From Mustelus asterias (Eukaryota), in contig NW_027590163.1 in the NCBI RefSeq assembly GCF_964213995.1, positions 310,001 to 374,000 on the forward strand: a stretch of 64,000 nucleotides of DNA. Reading direction: 5' to 3'. This document shows positions 61,337 to 64,000 of this stretch, piece after piece. The notes beneath the pieces are model-generated. The model saw nothing but the letters and a program-made list of their open reading frames with translations. It ran no database searches and had not been told where the DNA came from. Position numbers and translations under genes: made by a program. The first letter of the stretch is position 1. The number at the start of each line of letters is the position of its first letter.

Positions 61337-61933
61337 TGTTGTTGTGGGAAAAATCCACTAGTAGTCAGAATTCGTGATTCAGAAAACACGATTTATTTAA
61401 CGGAGCTCCGTGGAGACAAGGCAAATGTCTGTAGCAAACCTTCTCTCGGTAAAATGTCGGGAGCGGTCCATCTTTATACTCTTTTACACAATGGATGGAC
61501 CGGTGATTTGAACATTATCACATCGTTTAGGCAGGTACAAACAGATATAGACATTTAACATTGTATTGTTCTTACGAATGGGTACATTTCCATCTGTCTG
61601 TATCTATCAATGGTTGGTTTCGGCTCATTCAGGTGTTAATTGGTTTCCTCGCATTCATATTTTCCCGCTCTTCCTATGGTTAACCTATTCCCTTTGTTTC
61701 GGGCTTTCCTTGTCTTAAAATATGTTTTGACCCTCGGCTTGGCTTCCTGAGGTGTTTGTTTACTCTGAGTCGCTGTCTGTGATTTAGAAATGGCTTGTCT
61801 GTTAGGTTTTGATTTAAAGTGATTTCTGATAAGTGGGAGCCGGGGTCTGCTTTTTTTGGCTCCTTTCCCAGTTAACTCTTTATGTGCCAGGCAGCCATTT
61901 TAAAGTGTCCTTTCCTTGTATTTTCCCCTTACA
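61337..61933 (-). mobile_element. Solo LTR (~597 bp)
   Basis: Absent from the paralog at about 40580; TG...CA termini; on the minus strand a TATAAA (about 61473-61478) precedes AATAAA (about 61392-61397); imperfect 4-bp flank gtga/gtgg. Confidence 0.75.
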
Positions 61934-62144
61934 GTGGGATCCGGACATGTGAGCCTTGGTCTCCGGATTCAGACTCCACTGATTTTACCACTATGTCACC
62001 ATCATCCGGGAAGCGTGCAAGTGCAAAGCCTCCACGTGGAATCAATCCGCTTAATTTCACAAAACAAACATTTAAAGCAGTGTACTGTGGAAATCAGTGT
62101 CAGACACTCAGGATACCGGGGAATTGACGAGACATCTATAGGGC

Positions 62145-64000
62145 AGAAGGGGCTATTTTTGTGCTGTAAAACTCTATGACTCTATGACCTCTTTCCAGAA
62201 ATTGCATTGGCTCCGAAATTGACGCATGTTGTACATTTTCTGCAGTCAAAAATCCACAGGAACCCTCCGTTTCTGTCCTCCTGCCCTCGGCAGAAGAAGT
62301 CTCCGCTCAGAGATTCGTCTCCCTCAGCTGCTTAGTGAGAGGTTTCTCCCTCCGAGTGCTCTTCCTCACGTGGCCCATCAATGACAAGCCGGTGAATCCT
62401 GGGAACTACAAGAACACCGAGGTGATGGCGGAGAACGGCAATAGCTCCTTCTTCATGTGCAGCCTGTTATCCATTGCAGCGGAGGAGTGGTCCAGTGGCG
62501 CTTCTTACTCATGTGTGGTGGGACATGAAGCCATCCCTTTGAAGATCATCAACAGAACGGTTGACAAATCCAGCGGTAAAACCAGTTCTGTGAACATTTC
62601 TCTTGCACTGTTGGACAGCGTTAATTCATGTCAATGAGAATCAAACAGTTACGTTCAGAACTTCAATAAAATAATAAAAGGTCTTTCCTCCAATGATGAA
62701 TGAAAATACCCAATCGCTTAATTGATTGTTTTCCAGTTTTAATTCTATGAAGTCTACATGGTTTGGGTGTCATATTTCCAAGTCTCGGACCTAAATCTTG
62801 TCGAACCAGTGCTTCCAGATCAGAGTCATGCACCCTGGGTTAGAGACAGACAAGAGCACATTCATTACAGAATTCTGCAAAATAGCTTCAACAACCTTCC
62901 TGCTGCTGAGGCGAAATCCAACGAATTCATATTTCAGATAAACAAATACAGCATATTTAGATCTTGGTGTTCCTGCTTCTCTCATCTTCCATCCCATTAA
63001 CATTGATATGAGCCTTAAATTGCTGCACTACACACACTGCGAACTGAAGTGAGGGTCACACAGACATGGAGCAACAATCCCCCATCGTGGGGCGGGGGGT
63101 GGGGGGGGTGGTAGAATGGAGGGAGGGGGACGGGGGCTTAAATTGTTAACACACTGGATTCCCACTGTCCCAGAAAAGTGAGGGGGAGGGGCATTGGATA
63201 ATCCACTGAACCACCACTCCACAAACAAAGAGAGTGGGAGTGGCATTAGGAAAAGCATTGTAGCCCCACTTGCTCAACAAAGAGAAGAGGATAGGGAGGA
63301 GTTAATCCACTGAATTAGCACTCCCCAAAAAAGAGGGGGAAGGATATTAGTTAATGTACTCTGCCCCCAATTCCCCACTAAAGAGATAGAGAGGGGAATG
63401 TCGTTAATCCACTGTACCCCCACTTCACCAACAAAGAGAGGTGGAGGGACAGTAGTGAACCAACTCTATCTACAGCTCCTTCGCAAGGAGAACAGGAATG
63501 GAAATTGTTCAGCCCATAGAGCGAGGGAAACTATGAACTCACCACTCTCCTTCTCTCCGAGCAGAAGATATGGAAGAGATCGGCTTTCTACGCATGGGCT
63601 CAGTAACCAAGAGTGCATTTGGGTTTCTACATTTCTGGCTGCAAATTCTAAACTTCCAATATGCTAATCATGTTGCGGAATATATATTTATGGAACATTA
63701 TTTTCAAAATTTAAACACTCTTGTTCCAGTCCATCGTTTGCGAACATTGATTTCTCACAATCCAAATTTAAACCGCTCCCTGGGTTTTCATACACCTAGC
63801 CCTGATTTTTATGTTGTTAAATAAATTGTGACATTAATTCAACTAATTTCGCCTTGCATCTACAGAGACTGTTGAAAACATTTTCCATAATTCACACCCG
63901 TCAGGGTCAAATTCCCTTATTTCCATGCTGTGAGATTTAGTACAATAGTAAATATACAGGCGACCGACAAAACTGCACACAGTTGACAGACACCCACATG
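62145..64000 (+). repeat. Duplicate of about 1693-3545 (CH4 and downstream intron)
   Basis: Colinear similarity through the poly(A) signals, the 50-bp repeat block and the start of the CA-rich tract. Confidence 0.92.
62246..62637 (+). pseudogene. ighm: Orphan IgM CH4 exon + secretory tailpiece (open frame, no upstream CH exons)
   Basis: ttttctgcag|TC AAA AAT... reads [45 protein letters not shown]...[41 protein letters not shown]. Homology to the first cluster begins only at about 62145. Confidence 0.88.

Larger units (their letters stand above)
59870..62127 (+). repeat. Segmental duplicate of about 39090-40780 (tRNA-Lys cassette) plus LTR insertion
   Basis: Colinear near-identity, e.g. ORFs 39896-40198 and 60648-60950; an older inverted partial copy lies at about 45230-46030. 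Confidence 0.92.

Overview
Eukaryotic DNA from a cartilaginous fish (shark-type IgM exons, HE1/V-SINEs, CR1 and Penelope retroelements); no prokaryotic system or CRISPR array. From left to right: (i) 0.66-6.2 kb, the 3' half of an IgM heavy-chain cluster (CH3, CH4 with secretory tail, TM1, TM2), apparently a pseudogene (CH3 acceptor AG>TG, 1-bp CH4 frameshift, and a perfect 30-bp inverted repeat covering the TM1 acceptor). (ii) An intact two-exon, minus-strand, 323-aa class A GPCR of the GPR139/GPR142-like type (15246-15177 + 13522-12621); the ORF track misses exon 1. (iii) 15.45-31.96 kb, an array of ~1.1-kb units, most carrying a decayed tRNA-Val, arranged as two inverted arms around a Rex1/L2-type LINE and interrupted by CR1, Tigger and SINE insertions. 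(iv) 33-60.5 kb, a tRNA gene/pseudogene field (Leu, Glu, Lys, Cys, Val, intron-containing Ile-TAT, Asn split by LINEs, Gln body with an amber CTA anticodon) built from a mosaic of local duplications, with a young-looking Penelope element (RT + GIY-YIG, hammerhead-like terminal repeats), nested CR1s and a solo LTR. (v) 62.1-64 kb, a second, orphan IgM CH4/secretory exon with no CH3 upstream. One assembly gap at 11246-11467. All calls come from reading the sequence by eye; no searches were run, and repeat boundaries are approximate.
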